DNA of 64,000 nt from the human T2T-CHM13v2.0 reference genome, Homo sapiens (GCF_009914755.1 NC_060937.1); one strand, 5' to 3'; positions 1 to 14,379 are shown, counted from the stretch's first letter. The notes: generated from the sequence alone by a model not told the origin. A program made the numbers and translations.

Positions 1-621
1 TGGAGCCACTTTGTGACAATCCACTTATTGCTCCTTCTACAATCCAGCACTGTTCTCATGTTGTTTGGTAAATTTTGTTTTTTAATATCTCAGCTGGAGA
101 ATGTGTGTTTTGTGGAAGAAATGACCAACTAGTAGAATGCCTTCCATTTGTAATAAAATCCTTGCTGGGTTTGAGTTAATAGGCCTCCAAGGAAGAGCAA
201 GTTAAAATAGAACTGGACAGAGTGCTAAATAAAATACTGTCCAGCATAATCTACTGCCCTCAAGGGAGAGAGCCAAATGACTCAATACGGTTTTTCCATC
301 TTCAATTTCAATAGCCCGATGTCAGGATCAAGCAGCAGAACATGCTGACTACCTCAGTATGCTCCCTGCATTCAAAGTTTCTTTTCCCATGGCCTCTTCT
401 GCTCCTGTGATGCCATCCCCAAGATGCTTAAAGTGCACAGACATGAAAGTCCTTTTACTAGCATTGCAGATCGGGGGGTAGGTAGTGACGTTCTAAAGGA
501 ACGAAACAGAATGTGGACCACAGAGAGATCGGCAATTAACACTGCCACCTGTTTTAGTCATTTGTTTGTTTTAATTGGGAGGTTTATATATGGTTATAAT
601 CTGTCATTTGTATTAATGTAG

Positions 622-981
<360 letters not shown>

Positions 982-1522
982 TTGAAGTTTTTTAGTTCAA
1001 TGATCTTGGCATTTTCAAGATTTGCTATGTAATGACTGCTCCATACCCCTTTCCTATCCATGGGAGTTCAGTTTCAAATGCACTGAGCATTCAAAGTAAG
1101 TCATCCTGGAAACAGCATGTCTGGTGATTTCCTAGTTGGGAAAATCTTCTGTTTAGCTAAGAGGGAAATTGCTATGGTTTGAGAAGAGACATTCTATGGT
1201 GAAATTTAGGGGAGAAATATATTATCTTTACAGGCGTCCTGGATACAAAACCAAACTGCGCTGCGCTCTACATGAAGAACTAATTTTATTGTGGGGTTTT
1301 TTTGTTTTTTTTTATTTTCAGAAAGTCTGAGGCTGATATGAATGGAGTAGAGAAAGAGGGAAGGATGGTAGGAAAACACACCTCATTTTCCAGCCAGTGG
1401 CCATAGCCAGCCTCATCCCCAAGAAGCCTAAACATTTTATACTTGTGTGAGTCTTCATATGAGCACATTCACTTCACTAGGGCTGCAGCGTCCTGGAGAG
1501 ATGAATGGTTTCCATTCACAGA

Positions 1523-1698
1523 TGACAACCCTGATGGCCCATACTCAGTGACAGGGATGGTCCACAGCTGACAAACCTGGTGGCCCATACTTAGTGACAG
1601 GGATGGTCCACAGCTGACAACACTAGTGGCCTATACTCAGTGATGAGGATGGTCCACAACTGACAACCCTGGTGGTCCATACTCAGTGACAGGGATGG
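1523..1698. repeat. Minisatellite, 46-bp unit, ~3.8 copies
   Basis: Unit TGACAACCCTGGTGGCCCATACTCAGTGACAGGGATGGTCCACAGC starts at 1523, 1569, 1615, 1661. Confidence 0.95.
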
Positions 1699-2030
1699 AA
1701 GTCCTTCTCCATTTGCCCTTTATTAGAGAGATATATCAGGCTCATTGTGTGGAAGGAAACATTTTCCAATGTACTCCACATGCACTCTGTGATGCTCATT
1801 GTCCTCTGACATGTAATTAAACACTGACACTTTTCTCCTAGCTTTCCTAAATGGCTAATGACAGAGGGGTGGTACCAGCTGCCCCAGGGTAAACTACTGA
1901 GCAAATCTAAAGGTGTGTCTTCTAGTTCCATCTTCTGTTAGAAAAACCAAATGCTCACAAAATGCAATAACAGTTTAAACCACAACTGCTCTCTCACAAT
2001 GTTTTTCATCAATCATTATAATAATATTGT

Positions 2031-3135
2031 TTTTAAAATAAACTTTGTTTTAGGAGATTTGCATATCTACAGAAACATTGTGAACTTAGAGTAGACAGAG
2101 TTCACATCCACCCCCGGCTGTGTTTATCATTAACGTCTTACAATATTATATATATTATATTAGTGCATTTATTATTATTCATGTACCAATATTGATATAT
2201 TTTTATTACTTAAAGCCTATATTTTACTTATATTTATGTGGTTTACACTGAGTGTCCTTTTCTGTTCTGGGATCTCATTCAGGATCCCAAGAAACATTTA
2301 GCTGTCAAGTCTCCTGAGGCTCCTCTGGCTGAGGCAGTTGCTGGGACATTTTCTGCTTTGTATGACCTTGCAGGTTTGGAAGAGCACCAATCAGGGGTAC
2401 AGTAGGATGCCCCATACTGAAATCTTTATGTTGTTATTCTCATGATTAGACTGGGGTCATGGCTTTTAGGGAGGAGAACCACAGAGGTAAGGTGCCATCG
2501 TCATCACATCATCTGAAGGGTACATACTGTCAACATGACTAATCACTATTTATGGTGACCTTGTTCACCTTGCCAAGGTGGTGTTTGTTAGGTTTTCTCT
2601 TTCCATAGTGCACTCTTTAGAAGGAGGCTACTTTGTGCAGCCCACACTTAATGAGTGAGAAGTTTTGCTCCACCTCCTGAGGGTGGAGTATCCAGACAAA
2701 TTATTTAGAATTCTTATGCATAATTTGTCTCATATCTCCCATTTAAATATTTACTCAATTATCTATTAGTACCAGTATGGACTCATGGATATTTATTTGG
2801 TACTTTGAGTTAAAATGATATATTATTCTATTTATTTTATTGCTCAAATTTTTCCAGTTCAAAAATTACCCACTACAATAGTTATGTAGTGGTACTTTGT
2901 TGTCATTTTAAGTTGCAATTCTCTGTTGACAAACAATATTGAGCATTTTTTCATATCCTTATTTGGCATCTGTTTACCTTCTTTGGTGAGGGGTCTGTTC
3001 AGGTTTTTTTACATTATTTAACTGGGTTGCTTGTTTTCTTATTGTTGAATTTTAAGAGTTCTTTGTACATTTTAGATACACATTTTTTATCAGATATGCA
3101 TTTTGAAAATATTTTCTACAAGTCTGTGGCTTGTC
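2031..3135 (-). mobile_element. Old L1 (L1MC/L1MD-like) 3' fragment
   Basis: L1M 3'UTR-type text (TTCAGGATCCC...CATTTAGCTGTCA..., CATGATTAGACTGGGGTCATGG) followed by an ORF2 C-terminal-type segment; boundaries approximate. Confidence 0.75.
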
Positions 3136-3382
3136 TATGATACTTTTAAAAATCTATTTTCACACTCTAATGAGACATATGAAGAGGAAAGAAGTTAGTT
3201 AATTATAGGAGACCAATCATGTCTCTACATGGGGGTGTGTGAAGCCTCCTCCCTGGAGGAATCTACTTTTCCTTGGTCTTCCAAATACATTGTTATTTCC
3301 AAAACCATATATGAGGAGTATAAAAAAGATATGAGAATATATCAATACTCAAATAAAGAGAAAGTGTACTTAAAAAAAGAAT

Positions 3383-3570
3383 TCTCACAATGACCAGTGA
3401 GGTAGATAAAACAGACATACATAAGCGTTCACGTTTATCAGATGCAGAAACTGAAGCCCAGGTAAGCCATATGACCCAGCTAGAGTCACTCAGTCGGCAA
3501 GAGATGGAGCCATGACTACACTCCTAGATTCTATCTCCTGGCCCCAAATTCACTTACCTTCATCACACTA
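3383..3570 (-). mobile_element. MIR SINE fragment
   Basis: CAGATGCAGAAACTGAAGCCCAG...GTCACTCAG MIR core-like. Confidence 0.6.
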
Positions 3571-4128
3571 GAACCATATCATGTTAGCCAACAGACCATC
3601 AGTGTGTTTGTTTAAAGTGCTAACTTACTGATAATTCATGCATTTAACAGTGTATTTTTCAGATGCATTTGACCCTTGCTGTGTCAGATAAGTCACTTAT
3701 TCAAAATGGAATAAGTTAAGATGTAGCATGAGCCTAACTGTGTCTTTGCTTTCTTGGCACTGTAAAGCTACAGTGGATCCTAAGTATTCTATCATCTGAT
3801 TCTTCCAGACAATTCTTTATTGTACTCAACATTTTAGTGGCAGTAGTCCTTGGAATTTGCTAATCATTTTCCTTAAGAGTTTTGGAGGAAAATATCTGTT
3901 ACTTAGCCAGCTAGCCAATTAGAAAATTAAAAGTCCCTTTAGATCATAATTTACCAGTCTTGAGACTACTGGCTTTTGGGCTGGATAATTCTTTGGTGTG
4001 GTGGGCTCTGATATATTATAAGATGCTTAGCAGCATTCCAGGACTGTCCCTGCTAGATGCCAGTAGTATCCCTCCAGGATGCCACAACCATAAATGTCTC
4101 TAGAGATTGACAAGTGTCCCTTGGGGGC

Positions 4129-6398
4129 TCTATTGGTCCATTTTCACACTGCTGATAAAGATATACCTGAGACTGGGAAGAAAAATAGGTTTAATGGACT
4201 CCCAATTCCATGTGGCTTGGGAGGTCTCACAATCATGGCAGAAGGAAACAGACACTTCTTACATGGCAGCAGCAAGAGAGAATGAGAACTGACTGAAAGG
4301 GGTTTCCCCTTATAAAACCATCATATCTCGTAAGACTTACTGTCACAAGAGCAGCACAGGAAATACGTGCCCCCATGATTCAGTTACCCCCCACTTGGTC
4401 CCTCCCACAACACGGAATTGTGGCAGCTACAATTCAAGATGAGATTTCTGTGGGGACACAGCCAAAACATATCATTCTGTCCCCGGCCCCTCCCAAATCT
4501 CATGTCCTCAAATTTCAAAACCAATCATGCCTTCCCAGTAGAACCCCAAATTGTTAACCCATTTCAGCATTAATTCAAAAGTTTACAGTCCAATGTCTCA
4601 TCTGAGACGAGGCAAGTCCCCTCTGTCTGTGAGCCCATAAAATCAAAAGCAAGTTAATTACTTTCTAGATACAATGTAGGTACATGTATTGGGTAAATAC
4701 AGCTGTTACAAATGGGAGAAATTGGCCAAAACAAAGGGGCTACAGGCCCCATGCAAGTCCAAAATGCAGCAGGGAAGTCAAATTTTAAAGCTCCAAAATG
4801 ATATCTTTTGACTCCATGTCTCACATCTGGGTCATGCTGATGCAAGAGATGGGTTCCCGTGGTCTCAGGCAGCTCTGCCCCTGTGGCTTTGGAGGATACT
4901 GCCTCCCTCCCAGCTGCTTTCATGGGCTGGTATTGAGTGTCTGTGGCTTTTCCAGGTGCATTGTGCAAGCTGTCAGTGGATCTACCATTCTGGGGTCTGG
5001 AGGATGGTGGCTCTCTTCTTACAGCTTCACTAGGCAGCACCCTAGTGGGGAGTCTGTGGGGATCCCCACCCTACATTTCTCTTCTTCACTGCCCTGGTAG
5101 AGGTTCTCCATGAGGGCCCCACTGCTGCAGCAAACTTTTGCCTGGACATCCAGATGTTTCCATAATATCTTCTGAAAAACTAGGCAGAGGTTCCCAAACC
5201 TCAATTCTTGACTCCTGTGCACCTGCAGGCTCAACACCACATGGAAGCTGCCAAGGCTTGGAACTTGCACCTTCTGAAGCCATGGCCCAAGCTGTACCTT
5301 GGCTCCTTTTAGTCATGGATGGAGCAACTGGAACACAGTCCTTAGACTGCACACAGCAGAGAGACTCTGGTCCCGGCCAATGACACCATTTCTTCCTCCT
5401 AGGCCTCTGGGCCTGTGGTGGGAGGAGCTACCACGAAGGTCTCTGACATGCCCTGGAGACATTTTCCCCATTGTCTTGGTGATTAACATTCAGCTCCTCA
5501 TTAATTATGCAAATTTCTGCAGCCAGCTTGAATTTCTCCTTAGAAAATGGGATTTTATTTTCTATCACATTGTCAGGCTGCAAATTTGTCAAACTTTTAT
5601 GCTCTGTTTCCCTTTTAAAACTGAACACCTTTAACAGCACCCAAGTCACACCTTGAATGCTTTGCTGTTTAGAAATTTCTTCTGCCAAATACCCTAAATC
5701 ATCTCTCTCAAATTCAAAGTTCCACAAATCTCTAGGTCAGGGGCAAACTGCTGCCAGTATCTTTGCTAAAATATAGCAAGAGTCACCTTTGCTCCAGTTC
5801 CCAACAAATTCCTCCTCTCCATCTGAGACCACCTCAGCCCGGATTTCATTGCCCATATCATTATCAGCATTTTGCTCAAAGCCATTTAAAAAGTCTCTAC
5901 TAGGGAGTTCCAAATATTCCCACATTTCTTGTCTTCTTCTGAGCCCTCCAAACAGTTTCAACCTATGCCTGTTAGCCAGTTCCAAAGTTGCTTTCACATT
6001 TTTTGGTATCTTTTCAGCAATGCCCCAGTCCACTGGTACCAATTTACTGTATTAGTTCATTTTCACACTGCTGATAAAGACATACCTGAGACTGGAGAGA
6101 AAATAGGTTTAATAAACTCACAGTTCCATGTGGCTAGGGAGGCCTCACAATCATGGTGGAAGGCGAAAAGTACTTCTTACATGGCAGCAGTAAGAGAGAA
6201 TGGGAACTAAGTGAAAAGGGTTCTCCCTTACAAAACCATTATGTCTCATGAGACTTATTAATTATCATGAGAAGATCATGGGAAAAGCCTTTCCCCATGA
6301 TTCAATTACCTCCTACTGGATCCCTCCCACAACATGTGGGAATTGTGGAAGCTACAATTCAAGATAAGATTTGCATGGGGGCACAGCCAATCCATATC
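4129..6398 (-). mobile_element. Complete THE1 (THE1B/C-like, ERVL-MaLR): 5' LTR 6048-6398, internal 4475-6047, 3' LTR 4129-4474
   Basis: Two ~350-bp LTRs (..CACACTGCTGATAAAGA..ACAGCCAA..CATATC); internal starts GTAAATTGGTACCAG on the minus strand; flanking GGGGC at 4124-4128 and 6399-6403. Confidence 0.95.
6130..6142 (-). promoter_or_regulatory. Exact PRDM9 hotspot 13-mer CCTCCCTAGCCAC in the THE1 5' LTR
   Basis: Plus strand GTGGCTAGGGAGG is the reverse complement of CCTCCCTAGCCAC, matching CCTCCCTNNCCAC; activity not shown. Confidence 0.8.
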
Positions 6399-6966
6399 GG
6401 GGCAAAGTCCCCTCTGTCAAGAACCACTACTCTAGTGTTTAAACTGTTTGATGACTAAAGATTGCAGCAGCAGTAGATTATAATATGTTAATTTCAAGAA
6501 GCTGTAGACTTTAAAAGTATAATTTGTTTTGTATTTTTATTACTTTATTTATAGCATAATTTGATCAAGCAAAACAAATTTAAATTTTCATTTCAAAATT
6601 GATAATAAAATGGAAGGAATAGGATTAAATGACAGGAAGGATAGAAAAGGCAAAATGGAGGTCAACTAAGGCTTAAATTTATTTTTGGCAAAATGAAACA
6701 ATTTTCTGATTCAAAGAAATGTCCCTCATGGGAACATCTTTTGCCTTTTGTCTTTTCATTATAGAATCATAGAATCTTAGAGCCAGTTGGGCCCACAGAG
6801 ATTACCAGGTGAGTGCTAGAGAAAGAAGGGTAAAGCATTGGTGATAGGTTCATGTTCCTTTTTACTGCAGCCTGTTAGTCTGAGTGCTATAATACATATG
6901 ACTTAATTATGGAAAATCTATAGTTAATTATAGCATTAATTATAGCATAGAAATAATCTGAAAATT

Positions 6967-7281
6967 GGCCGGGTGCGGTGGCTCATGCCTGTAATCCCAG
7001 CACTTTGGGAGGCCAAGACGGGTGGATCACAAGGTCAGGAGATGGAGACCATCCTGGCTAACACAGTGAAACTCCATCTCTACTAAAAATACAAAAAAAA
7101 AAAAAAAATTAGCCGGGCGTTGTGGCGGGTGTCTGTAGTCCCAGCTACTCAGGAGGCTGAGGCAGGAGAAAGGCATGAACCTAGGGGGCAGAGCTTGCAG
7201 TGAGCGGAGATCGTGCCACTGCACTCTGGCCTGGGTGAAAGAGCAAGACTCCATCTCAAAAAAAAAAAAAAGAAAAGAAAG
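6967..7281 (+). mobile_element. AluY
   Basis: Y diagnostics (CTGGCTAACAC, GGCATGAACC, GAGCTTGCAGTGAG); TSD AATCTGAAAATT at 6955-6966 and 7282-7293. Confidence 0.95.
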
Positions 7282-7337
7282 AATCTGAAAATTATACATA
7301 GCAACACATGGAAGTTGATTTGAAAAGTTGTCCGTTT

Positions 7338-8895
7338 TGAACTAGGACTCCCTGGAGAACTGGCTGACTCAAGGGCTAGGGAAGGGAAAATGCATGATGA
7401 ACCTGGAGGACCTTGTGTTGCCAGAAAGTAAGGGGTCAGGGAACAGGCCTGACAAAGCAACATGCAGCCAACCTGAAAGAGCTCCCAGTGGCCAAAGCTG
7501 GAAAACTTTGAACAACAAAATTAATAAAAATACTACTGAGTTATAACCCAAAGAAAAAAGTAAATATCTGTGAGTTTATACTGATAAAAATAAATGGTTA
7601 AATACATAATAACTGAAGAAGTGAAAAAAATCTTCCTTGTGGAAGATTTCCAAATAGTAAACATAAAAGAAAGGAGGGAAATGGAAGACACCACTTGATG
7701 TGGTTTGGCTGTGTCCCCACTCAAATCTTGTCTTGAATTGTAGCTCCCATAATCCCCACCTGGCCTGGGAGGTACCCAGTGGGAGGTAATTGAATCATGG
7801 CTCTGATTTTTTCCCATGCTGTTCTGGTGATAGTGAATAAATCTCATGAGATCTGATGGTTTATAAAGGGCAGTTCCCCTCCACATGCTCTTTTGCTTAC
7901 CACCATACAAGATGTGCCTTTGCTCTATCTTTGCCTTCCACCATGATTGTGAGGCCTCCCCAGTCCTGTGGAACTGTGAGTCCATTAAACATCTTTTTCT
8001 TTATAAATTACCCAGTCTCCCATATGTCTTTGTTAGCAGTGTAAGAATGGACTAATACACCACTAGAATACCACAGTAATAGTCGCCATAGGAAAGATTC
8101 ATGGATGACTGCTGAAATTAGTGTCTGAAACATAAGGAAGAAACAGGATATTTGAATAACCTCAAATATCTGTGGCCAAAGATTTATTAATTACTGTACT
8201 GAATTTAACATATATCCACAAATTCTTTCATAGTTTTTCCTCCAGCAGGTGGAGTTTAATTTCCCTCCTTATGAAAGTAAGCTGGATGTAGTGCCTTGCT
8301 TGTAATAAATAGAGTTTTGGAAAAGTAAAAATAGTGACCCTACAGTGAAAAAATCTGAAAGATTTGGCCTTATCCAAGTGATGGAGGTGAGCATCACCAG
8401 TGATAAGTAGTGTTGATGTCAAGCATCCCTGGAAATGATGCAATGAGAAGGACATCACCACTGTGTTACCTTACCCCCAAATCCAGAATGCCAGTGCAAT
8501 CTAGAGAAAAAATCCGCAATTGAGGAGCATTCTACAAAATAGCTGACTAATACTCTTCAAAAGTGTCAAGTTCATGAGTAACAAGGGAAGACAGTGACGC
8601 TGTCACGGATTGGCAGAGACTAAGAAGACATAACAGATGAATGCAACGTGGTATTCTGGATTGGATCCTTGAATAGGAAAAGGGCATTATTGGAAAAACT
8701 GTCAAAAAGCCAAATAAAGTCCATAGTTTAGTCAATAGTGTAGCAATGTTGATTTCTTAGTTTTGATAAATGTGTCATGGTTATATAACACGCTAAAATT
8801 AGGGGAGACTGGGTGGAAGGCTCACTGGAACCCTTTATACTATCCTTACAACTTTTCTATAAATCTTAGTATTTCAAAGTTAAGTAAAAGTGAAA
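7338..8895 (+). mobile_element. L1MC-like 3' end, interrupted by a THE1 solo LTR
   Basis: L1MC 3'UTR-type sequence (TGAATGCAACGTGGTATTCTGGATTGGATCC..., AACTTTTCTATAAATCT); continuous across 7696-8059. Confidence 0.75.
7696..8059 (+). mobile_element. THE1-family solo LTR
   Basis: TGATGTGGTTTGGCTGTGTCCCC...GGACTAATACA; perfect 5-bp TSD CCACT (7691-7695, 8060-8064). Confidence 0.95.
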
Positions 8896-11800
8896 AATTG
8901 TGAAGTCCCTTCTTTCTTAAAACAAATCTAGGATGCTTGTTATGTGTTAACAATTCTTGTAAATGCAAATCACTTTGGAGAACAATAAATATTACCCAGA
9001 AAAACTGACCACTTTCAATCCCCATGACCTAGCAATTTTATTGATTGTATGTTTTTAAAAATGTGCCTGTGCCCAATATCACTAATTAATAGGGATGCAT
9101 ATCGAAACCACAACAATGTACCACTTCCCAGCCGTTAGTTTGGCTACTACTAGAAAACAAAAACAAAAACAGATATTTGAATGCTTGACACTGCTGGTGG
9201 GAATGTAAAATGGTACAGTAACAATGGAAAACAGTTTGGAGGTTCTTCAAGAAATTGAAAATAGGTATATCTTGTCATTCAGCATTTTCACTTCTGGGGA
9301 TATATCCAAAAGAATTGAAAGTAGGGACCTAAACAAATGTGTGTATACGCATGTCCATAGCAGCATTACTTGCATCAGCTAAAACATGGAAGCAACCCAA
9401 AGATCCATCAGTGGAAGAATAGATAAGCAAAATGTGCTACATACATACAATGAAATATTAATCAGCATTAAGAGGCAATGAAATTCTGAGACATACTACA
9501 ACATGGATAAACCTTGAAGATTTTATGCTAAGTGAAATAAGTCAGTCACAAAATGACAAATATTCTGTGATTCCCCTCATACAATATACTTAGTAAGACT
9601 CATGGGGACAGAAAGAAGAATGATGGTTGCCAGGGGCTGGGGGAAGGCAGAATGGAGAGTTATTGTTTGAAAGGTACAGAGGTTTTTTTTTTTAATTATT
9701 ATTATTTCAATAGTTTTGAGAAAGCAGGTGGTGTTTGGTTACATGGATAAGTTCTTGAGTGGTGATTATGAGATTTTGGTGCACCCATCACCCAAGCAGT
9801 GTACACTGTACCCAATGTACAGCCTTTTGTCCCTTATCACCCACTTCTCCTCAAGTCCCAGAGTCCATTATGTCATTCTTACGCCTTTGCGTCCCCATAG
9901 CATAGCTTCCACTTATAAGTCAGAACATACGATGTTTGGTTTTCCATTCCTGAGTTACATCAGTTAGAATAGTGATCTCCAACTCCATCAAGGTTGCTGC
10001 AAATACCATTATTTCATTCATTTTTATGGCTGAGTAATGTTCCATGGTATATATATACACCACATTTTCTTTATCCACTATTGATTGATGGGCATTTGGG
10101 CTGGCTCCTTATTTTTGCAACTGTTAAATTGTGCTGCTATAAATGTGTGTGCCAGTGTCTTTTTCATATAATGACTTCTTTTCCTCTGGGTAGATACTCA
10201 CAAGTGGGATTGCTGGATCAAACGGAAGTTCCACTTTTAGTTCTTTAAGAAATTTCCATACTGTTTTTCATAGTGGTTATACTAGCTTATGTTTCTACAA
10301 GCAGTGTAAAAGTGTTCCCTTTTCACAACATCCATACCAATGTCTATAATTTTTTGATTTTTAAAATTATGGCCATTTTTGCAGGAGAAAGGTGGTATTG
10401 CATTGTGGTTTTGATTTGCATTTCCATGATAATTAGTGATGTTGTGCATTTCTTTATATGTTTGATGGCCATTAGTATATCTTCTTTTGAAAATTGTCTG
10501 TTCATGGCCTTAGCTCACTTTTTGATGTGTTTGTTTTTATCTTGTTGATTTGTTTGAGTTTCTTGTAGATTATGAATATTAGTCCTCTATTGGATACATA
10601 GTTTGTAGTTTGCGAATCTTTTCTCCCACTCTGTGCATTGTCTGTTTACTATGATGATTATTTCTTTTGATTTGCAGAAGGTTTTTACTTTAATTAAGTC
10701 TCATTGGTTTATCTTTGTTTTTGTTGCATTTGCTTTTGAGTTCTTGATCATTAACTTTTTGCCTAGGCCAATGTCTAGAAGAGTTTTTCCAGTGTTATCT
10801 TCTAGAATTTTTATGGTTTCAGGTCTTAGATTTAAGTCTTTGATCCATTTTGAGTTGATTTTGTATAAGGTGAGAGATGAGGATTTAGTTTCATTTCTGT
10901 ACATGTGGCTTGCCAATTATCCCAGCAGCATGTGTTAATAGGGGATCCTTTCTCCATTTTATGTTTTGTTTGCTTTGTGGAAGATCAGTTGATCATAAGT
11001 ATTTGGCTTTATTTCTGGGTTCTCTATTCTGTTTTATTGGTCTATGTGCTTATTTTTTCATCAGTTCTATGCTGTTTTGGTAGCTATAGCCTTGTAGTAT
11101 AGCTTGAAGTGAGATAACGTGATGCCTCCAGATTCGTTCTTTTTGCTTATTTAATCTTGCTTTGGCTATATGGGCTCTTTTTTGGTTCCATATGAATTTT
11201 AGGATTGTTTTTTCTAGTTCTGTGAAAAATGATGATGGTATTTTGATGGGAATTGCATTGAATTTATAAATTGCTTTCAGCAGAATTATCCTTTTCACAA
11301 TATTGATTCTACCCAACCACGAGCATAGGATGTGTTTCCATTTGTTTGTGTTGTCTGTGATTTCTTTCAGCAGTGTTTTGTAGTTTTCCTTGCAGAGATT
11401 TTTCACATTTTTGTTGGGTATATTCTTAAGTATTTTACTTTTTTGTAGCTGTTGTAAAAGACATTGAGTTCTTTATTTGATTCTAAGCTTGGTCATTGTT
11501 GGTGTATAGCAGTGCTACTGATTTGTGTACATTAATTTTGTACCTGAAACTTTACTGAATTCATTTATTAGATCTATGAGCTTTTGGAATGAGTCTTTAG
11601 GGTTTTCTAAGTATACCATCATGTCAGTGGCATTAGCAACAGTTTGACTTCCTCATTACTGATTTGGATGCCTTTTGTTTACTTCTCTTGTCTAATTGCT
11701 CCGGCTAAGACTTTCAGTACTATGTTGAATACAAGTGGTGAAAGTGGGCATCCTTGTTTTGTTCCACTGATCAGAGAAAATTCTTTGAGCTTTTCCCATT

Positions 11801-13090
11801 CAGTATGATGTTGGCTGTGGATTTGTCATAAATGACTTTTATTACCTTAAGGTATGTCCCTCTATGCTGTTTTGCTGAGGGTTTTAATCATAAAGGGATG
11901 CTGGATTTCATCAAATGCTTTTTCTGCATCTATTGAGGTGATCATATGATTTTTGATTTTACTTCTGTTTATGTGCTGTATCACATTTGTTGACTTGCAT
12001 ATGTTAAACCATCCCTGTATCCCTGTTATAAAACACACTTGATCATGGTGGATTATCTTCTTGATATGCTGTTGAATTGAGTTAGATAGTATTTTGTGGA
12101 GGATTTTCACATCTATGTTCATCGGGGATATTGATTTGTAGTTTTCTTTTTTTTTTGTTATATCTTTTCCTGGTTTTGGTATTAGGGTAATGCTGGCTTC
12201 ATAGAATGATTTAGAGAGGATTCCCTCTTTCTCTATCTTTTGGAATAGTTTCAGTAGGATTGGTACCAATTCTTCTTTGAATGTCTGATAGAATCCAGCT
12301 GCTCCTGGACTTGTTGTTGCTGGCAGTTTTTTTTATTGCTGTTTTAATCTTGCTACTTGTTATTGGTCTGTTCAGAGTTTCTATTTTTTTCTGGTTTAAT
12401 CTAGGAGGATTATGTATTTCCAATAATTTATCCAAATCTTTTAGGTTTTCTAGTTTGTGGACATAAAGGTGTTCATAGTAGCCTTGAATGATCTTTTGTA
12501 TTTCTGTGGTATTAGTTGTAACATCTCCCATTTCATTTCTAATTGAGTTTACTTGGATCTCCTCTCTTTTTCTCTTGGCTAATCTTGCTAATAGTCTCTC
12601 ACTTTTGTTTATGCAAAAAGAACTAGCTTTTTGCTTCATTTATCTTTTGTATTGTTTTTGTTTGCTTGTTTCAATTTTATTTAGTTCTACTGTGATCCTG
12701 GTTATTTCTTTTTTTCTGCTGGGTTTGGGTTTGGTTTGTTCTGGCTTCTCTAGTTCCTTGAGGTGTGACCTTGGGTTGTTTATTTGTGCTCTTTCAGACT
12801 TTTTGATGTAGGCATTCAATGCTATGAACTTTCCTCTTAGCACCACTTTTGCTGTGTCCCAGAGATTTTGATTGGCTGTGTCACTATTATTGTTCAGTTC
12901 AAATATATTTTTTAATTTCCATTTTTATTTTATTTAACCCCAGGATCATTCAGTAACAGATTATTCAGTTTCCATGTATTTGTATAGTTTTGATGGTTCC
13001 TTTGACAGTTAATTTGTAATTTTATTCCACTGTGGTCTGAGAGAGAGTATTTTACATAATTTCAATTTTCTTAAATTAATTGAGACATGG

Positions 13091-13395
13091 TTTTTTTTTT
13101 TTTTTTTTTTAGATGGAGTCTCACTCTTGTTGCCCAGGCTGGAGTGCAGTGGCATGATCTCAGCTCACTGAAACTTCCTCCTCCCAGGTTCAAGTGATTC
13201 TTCTGCCTCACCTTCCCTAGTAGCTGGGACTACAGGTGCATGCCACTATGCCCAACTAATTGTTTTTGTATTTTTAGTAGAGACACGGTTTTGCCATGTT
13301 AGCCAGGCTGGTCTCAAACTCTTGACCTCAGGTGATCTGTCTGCCTTGGTCTCCCAAAGTGCTGGGATTACAGGTGTGAGCCACCACACCCGGCC
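13091..13395 (-). mobile_element. AluS (Sx/Sq-like) inside L1PB ORF2
   Basis: Poly-T 13091-13110; full dimer; degenerate TSD GAGACATG / GAGACACA. Confidence 0.95.
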
Positions 13396-13902
13396 GAGAC
13401 ACATTTTGTGGCCTATTATATAGTCTATTTTGGAGAATGTTCCATGTGCTGAGGAGAAGAACATATATTCAGCAGTTGTCAGATAGAATGTTCTGTAAAC
13501 ATCTGTTAAGTCCATTTGTTCTAGGGTGTAGTTTTCCACTGTTTCTTTGTTGACCTGTATTTATGACCTTTCTAGTGGTCAGTGGAGTACTGAAGTGCCC
13601 ACTATTATAGTGTTGCTGTCTATCTAATTTCTTAGGTCTCATGATAATTGTTCTATAAATTTTGGAGCTCCAGTGTTAGGTGCATATATATTTAGGATTG
13701 TGATTTTTTTCCTGTTGGACGAGTTTTTTGATCACTATTTAACTGTTGCTGATTTAAAGTATTTTCTGTCTGATACAAGAATGGATACTTCTACTCACTT
13801 TTGGTATCCATTTGTGTGGAATATCTTTTTCCACTTGGTTACCTTAGGTTTAGGTGAAGCCTTATGTGTTAGGTGCATCTCTTAAAGACAGCAGATACTT
13901 GA

Positions 13903-14235
<333 letters not shown>

Positions 14236-14379
14236 CTGTATCTCTTAAGTGAAGCATTTAATCCATTTACGTTCAACATTAATATTGAGATGTGAGGTAC
14301 TGTTCTATTCATCATGCTAGTTGTAGTCTCAATACGTTGTTTTTTAAATTGTGTTATTGTTTTATAGATCCTGTGAGAT

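Larger units (their letters stand above)
3946..6428 (-). mobile_element. MER20 (hAT-Charlie), split by THE1; pieces 3946-4128 and 6399-6428
   Basis: TTTTGGGCTGGATAATTCTTTG...TAGATGCCAGTAG...AAATGTCTCTAGAGATTG...GGGGGC resumes after THE1 as GGGGCAAAGTCCCCTCTGTCAAGAACCACT. Confidence 0.85.

Noticed and set aside
4654-6042. ORFs in the THE1 internal region
   Set aside because: Fragmented remnants of the MaLR internal ORF.
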